Below, in pieces: positions 11,717-26,053 of a stretch of DNA of 64,000 bases; position 1 is the stretch's first letter; the number at the start of each line of letters is the position of its first letter. Under the pieces are notes generated by a model. It did no database searches and was not told where the DNA came from. It worked only from the letters and a program-made list of their open reading frames with translations. A program made the translations under genes and the position numbers. Source of the DNA: Eledone cirrhosa (Eukaryota); contig OZ024748.1 of the NCBI GenBank assembly GCA_964016885.1, positions 24,366,001 to 24,430,000 on the forward strand, given 5' to 3'.

Positions 11717-12243
11717 AATAGTAATAATTTATCTTATTGGCTTCAAGGACTTAAAATATTGGGGACATTAAAGGACGAAAAACAGAGTGAGGTTGGAATA
11801 AAGAAGACTCGAACAAAGGGAAACAGTAGATATAACAACAACAACAACAACAACATGACAGCAATATAAAACAAATGGTAATAATAATAGTAACAATTAA
11901 ATATAGTTCAAACACAAGGAAATAATGTGTTTTTGATGTTGATTTATTATTCCTGTTTTGTTTGCCTGTCACTTTAACGAGTGTTGTCATCATCATCATC
12001 ATCATCATCATAATATTCTTCTTCTTCTTCTTCCGCCTCCACCACCACCACTGAAAGTACTTCTATATTTTAGATATTTCAAGACTTTTGGCCACAAACG
12101 TCTAAGATTTCTTTATACGGTCTCCGGTCTCTGTCCTACTTCTTCTCACAAGAACAGTATTAGAATAACCACTTCCGGTTATCATTCTTCAGGCAAACTT
12201 GTTCCCAGTCCCCTTTGCCTTTCCTCCTTATGAGGTCCATAAA

Positions 12244-12842
12244 TTGATTTCTAATTTAGACACAAGGTCAGCAAATTTGGTGAGAGAGCAAAATTGATTA
12301 AATCAGCTCCAGTAATTATGAAATTCTATGTAAAGCCGCTACTACTCCGAATTGAGAGATCACAGCTCCGATACTATGGACATGTGGTTAGAACGTCTCA
12401 GGAAAGAATCGCTGGACAGATTTTATAAGAAGAACCAACAAGTAGGAGACCCAGGGTAGACGCCGAGCAAGATGGTTGGATAACATCCATGAGCTTGGCT
12501 GGTCTCGTTTGGGGATCCAGCCGGATCAGTTGGAGATGGTTGCTTCTGACAGGACCCGCCGGAGGGAGTGTTTGAGGAGGACTCTGCCCCTACGACCCTC
12601 TGAAGAAGAAGAAGAAGAAGAAGAAGAAGAAGAAGAAGAAGAAGAAGAAGAAGAAGAAGAAGAAGAAGAAGAAGAAGAAGAAGAACTCCACTGATCTACT
12701 GGTTCTTTCTTCTATCGACTCCAGAAGGATGAAAGGCAAAGTTGACCGTGTCAAGATTTGAACTCGGAACATAAAAAGTCGTAACTAAATAGCACAAATC
12801 AATTTTGCCTGACGCTCAACCGATTACTGCCAACCCACCGCT
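12244..12842 (-). mobile_element. SINE of the main family split by an inserted RTE fragment
   Basis: The SINE tail is at 12244-12315. The core and head are at 12690-12842 (aaggatgaaaggcaaagttgacc...tgccaacccaccgc). Confidence 0.7.
12330..12685 (+). mobile_element. RTE-clade LINE 3' end with a (GAA)n tail, decayed
   Basis: Translation SQLRYYGHVVRTSQERIAGQIL...WLDNIHELGWSRLGIQPDQLEMVASDRTRRR, followed by about 28 GAA units. Homologous to 20300-20555. Confidence 0.75.
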
Positions 12843-13102
12843 GATATGAGGTCGATAAATGAAGTACCAGTCAATTATGGTGGATTGGCTGAATCGTTAG
12901 GATGTTTTGTGTTGTTCGTTCGAGCTCTTTGTTTTCCAAGTTCAAATCGCAACAAGATCAATTTTGCGTCTCATCCCTTCGGGGTTAATAACTAAAAGTT
13001 TAAAAGCTGTCGTGGCCTATTCGGTTGAATATTACCACTTGGCTCTTTGGTGCCTTCATTGGAGTCTCTTTTGTTACAAACATTCGGCGTGATCTGCTGT
13101 TT

Positions 13103-13557
13103 GAAGATACCTTCTTTCCTTCCATCTACCAGTCTCAGTGACCCTGAAAAGATACCTTCTTTCCTTCTATCTACCAGTTTCAGTGACCCTGAAAAGATAC
13201 CTTCTTTGCTTCCATCTACCAGTCTCAGTGACCCTGAAAAGATACCTTCTTTCCTTCCATCTACCAGTCTCAGTGACCCTGAAAAGATACCTTCTTTCCT
13301 TCCATCTACCAGTCTCAGTGACCCTGAAAAGATACCTTCTTTCCTTCCATCTACCAGTCTCAGTGACCCTGAAAAGATACCTTCTTTCCTTCCATCTACC
13401 AGTCTCAGTGACCCTGAAAAGATACCTTCTTTCCTTCTATCTACCAGTCTCAGTGACCCTGAAAAGATACCTTCTTTCCTTCTATCTACCAGTCTCAGTG
13501 ACCCTGAAAAGATACCTTCTTTCCTTCCATCTACCAGTCTCAGTGACCCTGAAAAGA
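13103..13557. repeat. 45-bp minisatellite, about 10 copies
   Basis: Unit gaaaagataccttctttccttccatctaccagtctcagtgaccct, with nearly identical copies. Confidence 0.95.
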
Positions 13558-13825
13558 GACATAAGTATTGCCCTTCCCATCTGATTAGACGATTTAAAAC
13601 AATAGTATTTCAAGATTTAAAGTATTTCCAGACTTTACATATTTCAGGGTTTCTTATAAAATGTCGTTAAATTTGTGTTAAAATCCGATTACATTGGTGC
13701 TGGGGACATTTATAAAAAGTTACTGTCAGGATGGACAGAATATCTAGGGTATACAGTTGAACTGGATCTCACAAATAATGGCAGAGAAGGGGCCAGAAGA
13801 AAAGAGGAACGCCAGAATATTCTTT

Positions 13826-13879
<54 letters not shown>

Positions 13880-13898
13880 CACACACATGCACACACAT

Positions 13899-13958
<60 letters not shown>

Positions 13959-14095
13959 TCTATCTCTATCGTTAATTCTTGTTTGTAGTTAAGTGTGAAA
14001 AGGGGACACAGTATCTGCCCCTGTCCATACAGACGTTGCAAACTTTGAAAGACTGGCGGTCTCCAGAACATATAGCTAAACCATTCAATGATCAT

Positions 14096-14522
14096 AGTGG
14101 TGGTGGTGGTGGTAGTGGTAATGGTGGTGGTGGTGGTGGTGGTAGTAGTAGTAGTGGTGGTGGTGGTGGTGGTGGTGGTGATAGTGGTAGTGGTGGCGGC
14201 GGTGGTGGTGGTGGTGGTGGTGGTGGTAGTAGTAGTAGTGGCGGTGGTGGTGGTGGTGGTGGTGGTGATAGTGGTAGTGGTGGCGGCGGTGCTGGTGATG
14301 GTGGTGGTAGAGGTGGTGGTGGTGGTGGTGGTGGTGGTGGCGGCGGCGGTGGTGGCGGGGATGGTGGTGGTAGTGATGGTGGTGGTGGTGGCGGCGGCGG
14401 CGGCGGCGGTGGTGGTGCTGTTGGTGGTGGCGGCGGCGACGGTGGCGGCGGAGGTGCTAGAGATGGTAGTAGTAGTAGTAGTGGCGGTGGTGGTGGTGGT
14501 GGTGGTGGTAGTGGTATTGGTG
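14096..14522. repeat. (GGT)n compound trinucleotide repeat
   Basis: Direct inspection. Confidence 0.95.
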
Positions 14523-14944
14523 GCCCATTCTCTTTCAATTCTCACATCGGTACACAGTTCAATTAGTGAGAGATCGAGGGCCACACTTTGAATTTACACA
14601 GTCCATCTGACGGACTTCCAGATAGTCTCAGTTTATCCAATTTCACACACAAGGCCATTGGTCGACACTTGGCCAAAATGTCTCATAGTGGGATCTACCT
14701 CGAGACCTAATGATAGCGACACAAACCTCTCAACCATTCGACCATGTTGTGTCTACAATGTCAACTACTATTTTCTTAACTTTTCCACAAATCTCTTCCT
14801 TACATTCTTTATTTCTTATTTTCTTCCTTTTGGGGGATTTCAGTTATACATTTTATATAACCTATATATTATAGCTGATTAAAAATCGATGTAACACTTT
14901 AGTGAGTGTGTGTGTTTGTGCGTGCACGTGTGTATGTGTGTGTA

Positions 14945-14995
<51 letters not shown>

Positions 14996-15414
14996 GGGTA
15001 CTCGTGTGTGTGTATGGGTGTGTGCACGTGTGCGCGTCTTTGATCCTCGTAATGTTCCTTTCTTTTGATACCCTTGGTACAAATAAGGGGAAAAAAAAAC
15101 ACTACTACTACTAGTAGTATTATTATTGTTATTATTATTATTTTTATTATTATTAAAACAGACCTGAAAATAAATGGGAGCTTTTGTTCGCCACCTACCC
15201 TCTGTTTTTACAAAAACAGTGTGTACTCTCCTGAAACAAACAACAAAATAAAATGAAAGTTAAAATAGAAAAAAGGAGAGAGAGAGAGAGAGAGAGAAAT
15301 AGGTCGACCATTCAGCACCGAATAACACGAAATATACCCCTATATCCATTCGTAATCCTAGCGGAAGATCTTACGAAACACTTCAAAACTTTACAAACTT
15401 ATACACACAAACAG

Positions 15415-15697
15415 ATAGACAGATAGAGAGAGAGAGATAAATAGATAAAAAGAGAGAGAGAATGAGGTGGCGGGAGGGGGAGAGAGAGAGGGGGAGGAGA
15501 GAAATAAGGCACACAGGAAGAAAGAGAGTAAAAGAAGAGAGAAGCAAAACAAAACGTAAGAGATCAGAGAGAGTTTTAAAAGGAACCAAGCCGCCACAAT
15601 CTAAATTAGCATTTCCTTCCACGGCAGGGGGCCTTACACTCTTAATGAATAAGTAAAAATTATTCAACACAAAAAAGAAAGAGAGAATGACAGTGTG

Positions 15698-15749
<52 letters not shown>

Positions 15750-15942
15750 GGATGAGGGGAGAAACAGAAAGAAAGAGAACGAGAAGCAGATGGGACAGAG
15801 AGAGAAAGAGAGAGAGAGAGAGGGGGGTAAGAGTGAGCAAGAGAGAGATGGGGAGGGGATAGACAAAGAGAATGAGAAAGAGTGAAAGAGAGAGAGAAAC
15901 AGGGAAAGAGGGAGAGAGAGTAAGGGTCAAAGAGAGAGACGT

Positions 15943-15998
<56 letters not shown>

Positions 15999-16021
15999 TG
16001 AGAGAAACAGAGAAAGAGCAC

Positions 16022-16066
<45 letters not shown>

Positions 16067-16094
16067 TGAGAGAAACAGAGAAAGAGCACGACAC

Positions 16095-16190
<96 letters not shown>

Positions 16191-16220
16191 AAGAAAGTGA
16201 GAGAAAGAGAGAGAGAAAGT
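15415..16220. repeat. (GA)n-rich degenerate microsatellite block
   Basis: Direct inspection. Confidence 0.85.
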
Positions 16221-16383
16221 AGGTATAAATGTGGTTTGAAAGACAACTGTCCTGGCCAGGAAAGTTCGCCCCATGGTTTCACAAAATTACATCCTACACC
16301 ATGTCTTGTAACATTTACACCCTTAACTTTTCTTTGGTTTTACTTCTTTGTTCTTTTAGTTTACCATGTCTTCATTTATTTGT

Positions 16384-17490
16384 TACTACTACTACTACCA
16401 CTACTACTACAAGTAATACTATTACTACTACCACTACCACCACTACTAATATTACTACACCACCAATACTACTACTATTACCACCACCATCACCACTACT
16501 ACTACTACTAATACTACTGCTACTACCACCACCACCATTACTACTACTATTACCACCACCATCACCACTACTACTATTACTACTAATACTACTGCCACTA
16601 CCACCACCACCATTACTACTACTATTAGCACCATCATCACTACTACTACTACTACTAATACTACTGCTACTACCACTACCACCACCACCATTACTACTAC
16701 TATTACCACCACCATCACCACTACTACTACTACTACTAATACTACTGCTACTACCACCACCACCATTACTACTACTATTACCACCACCATCACCACTACT
16801 ACTATTACTACTAATACTACTGCCACTACCACCACCACCATTACTACTACTATTAGCACCATCATCACTACTACTACTACTACTAATACTACTGCTACTA
16901 CCACTACCACCACCACCATTACTACTACTATTACCACCACCATCACCACTACTACTACTACTACTAATACTACTGCTACTACCACCACCACCATTACTAC
17001 TACTATTACCACCACCATCACCACTACTACTATTACTACTAATACTACTGCCACTACCACCACCACCATTACTACTACTATTAGCACCATCATCACTACT
17101 ACTACTACTACTAATACTACTGCTACTACCACTACCACCACCACCATTACTACTACTATTAGCACCACCATCACTACTACTACTACTACTACTAATACTA
17201 CTGCTACTACCACCACCACCATTACTACTACTATTAGCACCATCATCACTACTACTATTACTACTAATACTACTGCCACTACCACCACCACCATTACTAC
17301 TACTATTAGCACCACCATCACTACTACTATTACTACTAATACTACTGCCACTACCACCACCACCATTACTACTACTATTAGCACCATCATCACTACTACT
17401 ATTACTACTAATACTACTGCCACTACCACCACCACCATTACTACTACTATTAGCACCACCATCACTACTACTACTACTACTACTACACCA
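16384..17490. repeat. (CTA/CCA) compound repeat with ~54-60-bp subunits and a 228-bp higher-order period
   Basis: The marker tattagcaccatcatc recurs at 16623, 16851 and 17079. Confidence 0.9.
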
Positions 17491-18070
17491 TCCCCTTTGA
17501 TATCTAACGACGTTTTCCCCTGTTAACCTCGTTTTAATATATATCGTTCATATCCTGTCTTTGGTGCAACGGTTTATGACGAAACAGCAAAACTATGTCA
17601 CTCCCTTACCTGAGCCCCACTTTTATTTATTTATTTATCTCTCCCCTTAATACAGTTGCCAATCTACTAGTTTAAATTACTCCAAGCACAGGAAACCGGA
17701 AACTGGCTATACAAAGTCAGCCACCCATCCCCGCTTGGTGATTTCGGGGGGGTGAGTGGGGGGGAGGGGGTGTTTTTCTTAGTTATATATTACTTATTTT
17801 ATGTCTTGCTGTAAAAAGAAAGAGAGGGTACCTTATATTTTTATCTGTTTATCTGTTTATCTGTTTATGTCATCGTCTTCATAAGCTTCATTCATCTGGT
17901 AGAGCATTATATATATATTTTTTTACCGTTGGTCAGTCAATGGCAACATTGAGGACCGAATAAATTAAATTAACCGATATAAAAGACACAGAAGCGAAAA
18001 CCAACCAAACAGTGAGTGTGTTCTGTTATTAATTCTGGCAATATTATTACACAAATATGACCCTCGTCAA

Positions 18071-18121
<51 letters not shown>

Positions 18122-18252
18122 GCTCGTAGAAGCGTCGTAAGATTAGGTCACAATATTGAATCCTCTTATATATTGGAGATATGGTCAATATAGGGCCTTG
18201 AAACCTTAGGTAGTGCTTTTGTTCTGTGTATGAACATAAATAAATTATATAT

Positions 18253-18310
<58 letters not shown>

Positions 18311-18315
<5 letters not shown>

Positions 18316-18649
18316 AAGAATTAAAAAGAACAGAAAGATGCAGTAAAAGAGATTTATTCGGTTCTTACGTACGTTTCAATAGACAACAATTTGCCTAGAT
18401 CTCGCTACATCTATAATATTATATATTTAGTAGAGCATTCGATATCTAATGCACAATCGATCCCATATCATCAGAGATATAATCTCTGATGATATGGGAT
18501 CGATTGTGCATTAGATATCGAATGCTCTACTAAATATATAATATTATAGATGTAGCGAGATCTAGGCAAATTGTTGTCTATTGAAACGTACGTAAGAACC
18601 GAATAAATCTCTTTTACTGCATCTTTCTGTTCTTTTTAATTCTTTATAC
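18311..18649. mobile_element. near-perfect ~340-bp palindrome with a hammerhead motif in each arm
   Basis: Centre at 18480. The plus arm has CUGAUGA (18486-92) ... GAAAC-GUAC-GUA (18583-94) with a palindromic stem III, and sits next to (TA)n. Confidence 0.75.
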
Positions 18650-18788
18650 ACGCCCCGGAATATAGCTAAACTGGAATATACACCTTTTTTCTGCATTTCG
18701 TTGAGCACCACTCTGTTGTAAGCTGACATTCCACTACACGGTACATAACACTGTGTCCTGGAAAACATTAATGCACTCGTGCATAACC

Positions 18789-18837
<49 letters not shown>

Positions 18838-18924
18838 GGAGGTGAGTTTTATTGTAGTACAATAAAGCAATGCAGATATCGGATAAGAAGCACTCTACAG
18901 TTTGTAGGACTGGAGTATAAATAA

Positions 18925-19250
18925 TATATAAGATCAAAAGATGGTTAAAAGAGTTCCATGTATTTTATTATGCGCATTTCAAAAACAAATATCATCATGC
19001 AATAACATTTGCGTTTTCGTCAGATAAAATAGGGAGACATGATATGAAGGGTAAAACACACTTGTGAATAGTGCAGTTTTAAATCAACATATATGTTGAT
19101 TTAAAACTGCACTATTCACAAGTGTGTTTTAACCTTCATATCATGTCTCCCTATTTTATCTGACGAAAACGCAAATGTTATTGCATGATGATATTTGTTT
19201 TTGAAATGCGCATAATAAAATACATGGAACTCTTTTAACCATCTTTTGAT

Positions 19251-19258
<8 letters not shown>
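18925..19258. mobile_element. ~330-bp palindrome made of two head-to-head hammerhead-bearing mini-elements
   Basis: Centre at 19091/19092 with near-identical arms. The same family recurs at 42365-42740. Confidence 0.8.
19152..19222 (+). ncRNA. type-I hammerhead ribozyme (mirror copy on the minus strand at 18961-19031)
   Basis: uauuuuau-CUGACGA-stem II-GAAA-ugcgc-AUA-auaaaaua, with a perfect 8-bp stem I and a palindromic stem III (augcgcau). Confidence 0.75.
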
Positions 19259-19321
<63 letters not shown>

Positions 19322-19414
19322 TATATATATATCACGATAAATTAACGGAGCCATAGACTCTCGCTATTCCCTGTCATTAATGTGCTCAAAGGAGAAGGAA
19401 TCGCGAGCCCTTTA

Positions 19415-19990
19415 TAATACAATATGTAGAAAAGATAACACACCAGAGAGAGAGATAGTGCGCCATCAGTCAAACAGGGAAAAACCACCAGTGTATGGAA
19501 TCTATAGCCCATGGAAGGCAAAGTAGACACACAATAATTAAAAGTATAAATTAAAGTGCGAATACATACCTCGATAACTATCTAACACGCGCGTACAAAT
19601 CCAAAAAGATCTGTTTCACCAAATAATTGGTTGGCAGAAATGATTAGCCCATGGTTCATTTCTGTCAACAAATTATTTGGTGAAACAGATCTTTTTGGAT
19701 TTGTACGTGTGTGTAGTTATCGAGGTATGTATTAATCGAGATAATGCCATCTCTCACATCATTTTCATATTCTGGCTTTAAAAAAAAATATTAAAAACTT
19801 TGTATTTGTTATGTTTGTGACACAAGGTTTTTTTTTTTTTGCACTTTGATTTATACTTTTAATTATTGTGTGTCTACTTTGCCTTCCATGGGCTATAGAT
19901 TCCATACACTGGTGGTTTTTCCCTGTTTGACTGATGATGCACTATCTCTCTCTCTCTCTCTGGTGTGTTATCTTTTCTACATATTGTATA
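19415..19990. mobile_element. nested inverted repeats (outer arms ~19415-19559 and ~19841-19990; inner hairpin ~19561-19733)
   Basis: The arms are visibly reverse-complementary. The inner arm contains gtgaaacagatct (GAAAC plus a palindrome). Confidence 0.75.
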
Positions 19991-20039
19991 TATATATATA
20001 TATTAATAAAATTCTATCTGTATAAATACAGAATGTGTT

Positions 20040-20272
20040 ACCGAAACTGCACCAAGGAGTATCGATCGACTTTCGTCAAATCGGACCGAGGAAACAATGT
20101 TTCCGTTGGTCTTTCCAGTTGCTAGTACTATCTATCGGTCGCAACTCCAGGTAGAAGGAACAACATGAAATAAAGTGTCTTGCTCAAGGACATAACGCAT
20201 CGCCCGGTCCAGGAATCGAACTCACAACCTCAATATTGGGAATCCAATTCTCTAACCACTCAGCCACTAAGC
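20040..20272 (-). mobile_element. tRNA-derived SINE (head related to the element at 9135)
   Basis: Minus strand reads gtggctgagtggttagag...gagttcgattcctggaccgggcgatgcgttatgtccttgagcaagacactttatttca. Confidence 0.7.
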
Positions 20273-20299
20273 ATTCAAAGACATAGCCTTTATTTCTAT

Positions 20300-20555
20300 A
20301 CAGCCCTGCCCACTTATTCCTGAGAGGGTCGTGGGGGAAGAGTTCACAAACACTCCTTCCAGTGGGTCTTGTCAGAAGCAACAGATTCCAACTGATCCGA
20401 CTGGATCACCAAACGAGACCAGCCAAGCTCATGGATGTTATCCAACCATCTTGTTCGGGGTCTACCCCTGGGTCTCCTACCAGTTGGTTTCGCCCGTAAA
20501 ATCTGTCCAGCGATTCTTTCCTGGGACATTCTAACCACACGCCCTCTATATTTTA
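20300..20555 (-). mobile_element. RTE-clade LINE 3' fragment
   Basis: Translation GRVVRMSQERIAGQILRAKPTGRRPRGRPRTRWLDNIHELGW contains the typical GxRxRGRPxxRW motif. Confidence 0.8.
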
Positions 20556-20741
20556 GTTCAAATATAAAATATTTGATAACCTCTGGTAGAAGATACATAT
20601 TGCTAATATTTCTTACAGTTATCTCCTCTTTATTTCAACAATCTCTCACATTAATTCTGTCACATTGAATATTTCTAGTCATGTATCTTTGTCTCTTCTC
20701 CGTTTAGTCAAGAATTATGAAACGAACACCGAAATTATACA

Positions 20742-20814
<73 letters not shown>

Positions 20815-21489
20815 TAGGGGAGTCACTCTATGCAATTTTTAAATATATATGTGAGTGTATGTGTGCATGTGTCTGTGTACATGTGTGTATGTATGTGTGT
20901 GTATGTATGTGTGTGTGTATGTATGTGTGTATATGTGTATGTGTATGTATATGTGTGTATATGTACGTATGTATGTGTATGTATGCATGTGTATGTATGC
21001 GTGTTTACTGATTCAGCCTTCTCTTCTAAATGTATTTATAATCATTAAATGAGATCTCGATCTACACACAAGCTAATGTATTGGAATTAAATTCTACAAC
21101 AATCGTGTCATAAAACAACGATAAAATCTTCGTTCACTTTCACTAATCCATTGTTATTGTTGTTATTATTGTTGTAACCAGTGTCGACATTCTTTTAGCT
21201 GTATCAGAATTTGATACATCCTGTTTTAAACCTAGCACGTGTCATTGTTTGTTGCCTGGTTATTTACTGCATTTCCATTTCAAATTCAGGGTCACTACAA
21301 GGAAATCTGAAGCAAATATCCCTTTTAAAATACTTTCCTGACCGTATTTCTAATAACAGACTATATTTTAATTCATTAATGAAACATTTTCTGGGAATTA
21401 CTAAAGTTATTTATTATCTCTTTATTAAAATGACAACACAGGATTCTTATATAAAATTATATAAACTTATGTTTTGGGATATTTACTAA

Positions 21490-21705
21490 TATTGGTTTCT
21501 TATATAGGCACAAGGCCAGCAATTTGGGGGGACGGGGAAGTCGATTAAATAGATACCAGTGTATGACTGGTACTTTATTAACCCCGTAAGGATGAAAGGC
21601 AAAGTTAACCTCGGCGGGATTTGAACTCAGATCATAAAGGGCCGTAACTCTCTGCTGCAAAACTTGGCGTTTGACCCTCTATCGATACTGCCAATCCACG
21701 GCCCT
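21490..21705 (-). mobile_element. SINE of the main family
   Basis: Full tail-core-head match to 11431-11648. Confidence 0.85.
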
Positions 21706-21757
21706 AAGATATTTACTAATACTATTAACTATGTAGCTGTTACTACATAGATAATAA

Positions 21758-21865
21758 AGTGGCTTAGTGGGTACAGAGTTGGAATCGTAATCGTGAGGTT
21801 GCCAGATCGATTCCCGGACTGGGTGATGTATTATACCCTTGAGCAAGATACTTTATTTCACGTAA
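21758..21865 (+). mobile_element. SINE tRNA-like head fragment
   Basis: gtggcttagtgg...agatcgattcccggactggg...cccttgagcaagatactttatttcacg. Confidence 0.6.
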
Positions 21866-22474
21866 CTTTATTTCTGCAACTAGTAGATAAGTATCAATGG
21901 AAAAACCAATGGAAACAGTGGTCCGATTTGATGAGTTCATCTCGGTAAGCGAATAAGGTCTGGGATTTTATTGGTCGATTCCTTTATATTACTAAAATGG
22001 TAACTTAACACGTGATTCTTATACAAATTTATGTTAAAAGATATTGTTTTAAATAGGAACCTTTTAATTGGCTGGTTTTGTTTCATAGAACCATAGAAGG
22101 TTTTGGCTGGGGAGGTTTTGGCTGGGTTGGTTTCAATAGGGTTAAAATTACCAAAACTTCCATTCCTATTAAATATTTGTCTATTTCTTTAAGTGTCACT
22201 ACTCCATTGTGTTATGTCGAGAATTTTGACAAGAGGACATTGTTTTTATTGAAACGTTTTAGCTTTCACATACAAACACACACACACACTCACATACACA
22301 CACACACACACATATCGTACACACATTGTTCGTCTTTGTTTTAAACTCTCATGCTGTTAATCGCCTGCTCCCTTGTTTTATTTGTGTCGTTTTTGTCCCC
22401 CCCCCACTCTCTCTCTCTATATATAAATATATATATACATATATATATAGATAGATATATATATATATAGATAT

Positions 22475-23428
<954 letters not shown>

Positions 23429-24822
23429 TACGAGAGAGAGGGGGGTAATATATATATTGTAATTTCTGGAAAAATCTAGGATCACAGATGAGAGAGGAGG
23501 GGTGTAATGTATATATTGTAATTTCTGGAAAAAAGCTGCTGCATGTAATTCGATTCCTAGCGTGGAGATTCATAATGAATCAGGGAATTCTTCTACTGAT
23601 TTTAATGGCTTAAGTTATTGGTTGAATACAAAGACATTTAAAAACTAAAGTTTTGATCGCGTGATTTGTACGATATTAAAGAAATTAATGAAAGTATTAA
23701 CGTATAATTCTATTTTGTTCGACATAAGTAATACAAATCATGATAAGAATTTCTAGTATAGTTGTCATACACTTCTGTCACGCTTACTTCCCCTTTCTTT
23801 CTTCCCTTACCTACTAGTTCTTGCTCTTTTCTTCCTCTTCCTCTCACTTATGGCATTTATAGTCCTTTCCAATACTGTTTTCTTATTCTGTATATTTGAC
23901 TAAATATTAAATTCTTTATCATTTTTATGTAATTTTATCTTAGGAATATATTTGATTATTTCAAAATAAAATATCATAGTGATAATTGTTTGGGGAAAGC
24001 CGGTGTAATGTAAATTAGAAATACGAGTCAAAACTATTGTTTATGATTGAACTAGTTCTATTGATAAGTATAGCCTCTTTCATACACACATTTCCGATGA
24101 TTCTTTCCGTGGTCTATATAGTAACTTTTATAAATTAGATGTAACATTTCTATATGTGTGTGTTGCATGAAACCTATTGGCTATTGTGACTACAGATGTC
24201 TTCTTCCCTATAGAGTACTGTCCGATATCAACAGTACACTCCAATTCTTTTCTTTTTAATCTCAAAATATGAAATAAAAAATAAAAGTTTAAACTATTGT
24301 TTTGTTTTGTTTTTTCCTTAGTTTACTCAACTCTAGTTTTCACTCCTGTGTTTCTGATTTCACGGAGCCAGCTTTCCCAAAATAATTATACCCACATACT
24401 TTACAATACTTAATATAATATAAACTATACTAGTATGATATGATAGGAAGATATTATGTGTGTATGCAGTATCGCTAGAGGGTCGGACGGACATACATTC
24501 ATATATATATATATATGTACATATATACATGTACATACATACATATATATATATATATGTGTATATATATATATACATACATACATATATATATATACAT
24601 ACATATATGATGGCTGCCCCCTCGTTTGTATGGCCATTGCACGAGGAGAAAAGAAAATTAATAAATAAATAAAAAATAAAATAAAATTAGAAAAAAGAAA
24701 TATATATATATATATATAAGTATTGAAATTTCCGTTGAAAACAGAAAAGGTCATAGAAGTGAAGAGTGCTCTATGTAAGTACCAGAGCAAAATTTAATGT
24801 ATAAAAATCAATACAATATAAC

Positions 24823-24896
24823 TACCTCATTACCAGAGGTTTCCCGAATGAGGCGAATACGAAAGAAACGTCTTCATTCGTTCGTCAGACGAGGCA
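24823..24896 (-). ncRNA. type-I hammerhead ribozyme in the PLE 3' terminal region
   Basis: ugccucgu-CUGACGA-a-cgaauga...ucauucg-g-GAAAC-cucug-GUA-augaggua, with an 8-bp stem I and a 7-bp stem II. Confidence 0.8.
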
Positions 24897-26053
24897 ATAT
24901 AAAAAACATGGGTAAATACTTGGAAAGTCTCATCAAGAAAAGCAAAAAAAATATAGACAAATGAATTAGAATATGAAATATATAAAAATCTTACAAGAAA
25001 TATAGTTAGGTGTGTGTATATGTATGTATATACGCTCACAGATGTGCATATATGTGTATGCACAAATATATACGTATAGTGAAAAAGTGTGCGTAAATAT
25101 ATAATTTAGGGCAAATGTATCTGTGTATCTGTAAACTACAGACAGAATAGATACATCATAAGAATATGAAGGCGCGCGCATAAACACACCTACACACACG
25201 TACACTTATATGCGGAAGTAAAAGAGGTAAGGGAGTGTAATAAATAAAGGAAAGTATCAATCTCGATATATTTATAAAAATGGAACAATAATTTAGAAAG
25301 AAAAAATTAAAGAAAAGAAGACAAACAAGGTACACGCATACACACACACGTATATCTCACAAAAGAAACGCGGAAATATACATACTTATATAGACACGCA
25401 CACTTACACATCCATACGTTCGATACGTACACACACACACGCACATACTTACACTCACGCATATTGACCTGTTTGCATGCACACGGATAAAAATGAGGAT
25501 GTAAAAAAAGGGGAAGAAGAAAAAAGAAACAAAACATAAAACCTAGATGTAAAAACACGGATATAAAGACACATACACATACACATACATATATATATAT
25601 ACACGTACGCGCGCGCACATACGTAGGCGCTCATGTACATATATAGGAAGTATACACACATTAAGGCGTTCAGACACATAGATACAGGGTGTAAAAAACT
25701 TGTGGATAAGTAAGTACAAATATAAAATTGTAAGATTGGCTGCGCAAAAATAAAAAATAAAAATAAAAATAAAAAATATCTGGAGTGGAAAACGCAAGTG
25801 ACTAGTCTAATCAGTTAGTGAAGCAAGTAGGGAAGTAAAAAATGGAAAGTGAAGATATTAGGTAAGTGAATCGGAGAATAAAGGGGGGGGGGTTATTGGT
25901 GGATGTGAAGTAAAAATAAAAATATATAAAAATAAAAATAAAAATAAAAATAAAAATAAAAATAAAAATAAAAATAAAAATAAATGAAATTAATAATAAG
26001 GATAAAAATGGAAGTAAATCAGAAAGGGTAATTATAAAGAGAATAATAAGAGT

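Noticed and set aside
13047-13670. 207-aa repeat protein (PSTSLSDPEKIPSFL)n
   Set aside because: It is the translation of a 45-bp minisatellite and is open in two frames, with no independent coding evidence.
16229-17500. Leu/Pro-rich 423-aa ORF
   Set aside because: Trinucleotide-repeat artefact.
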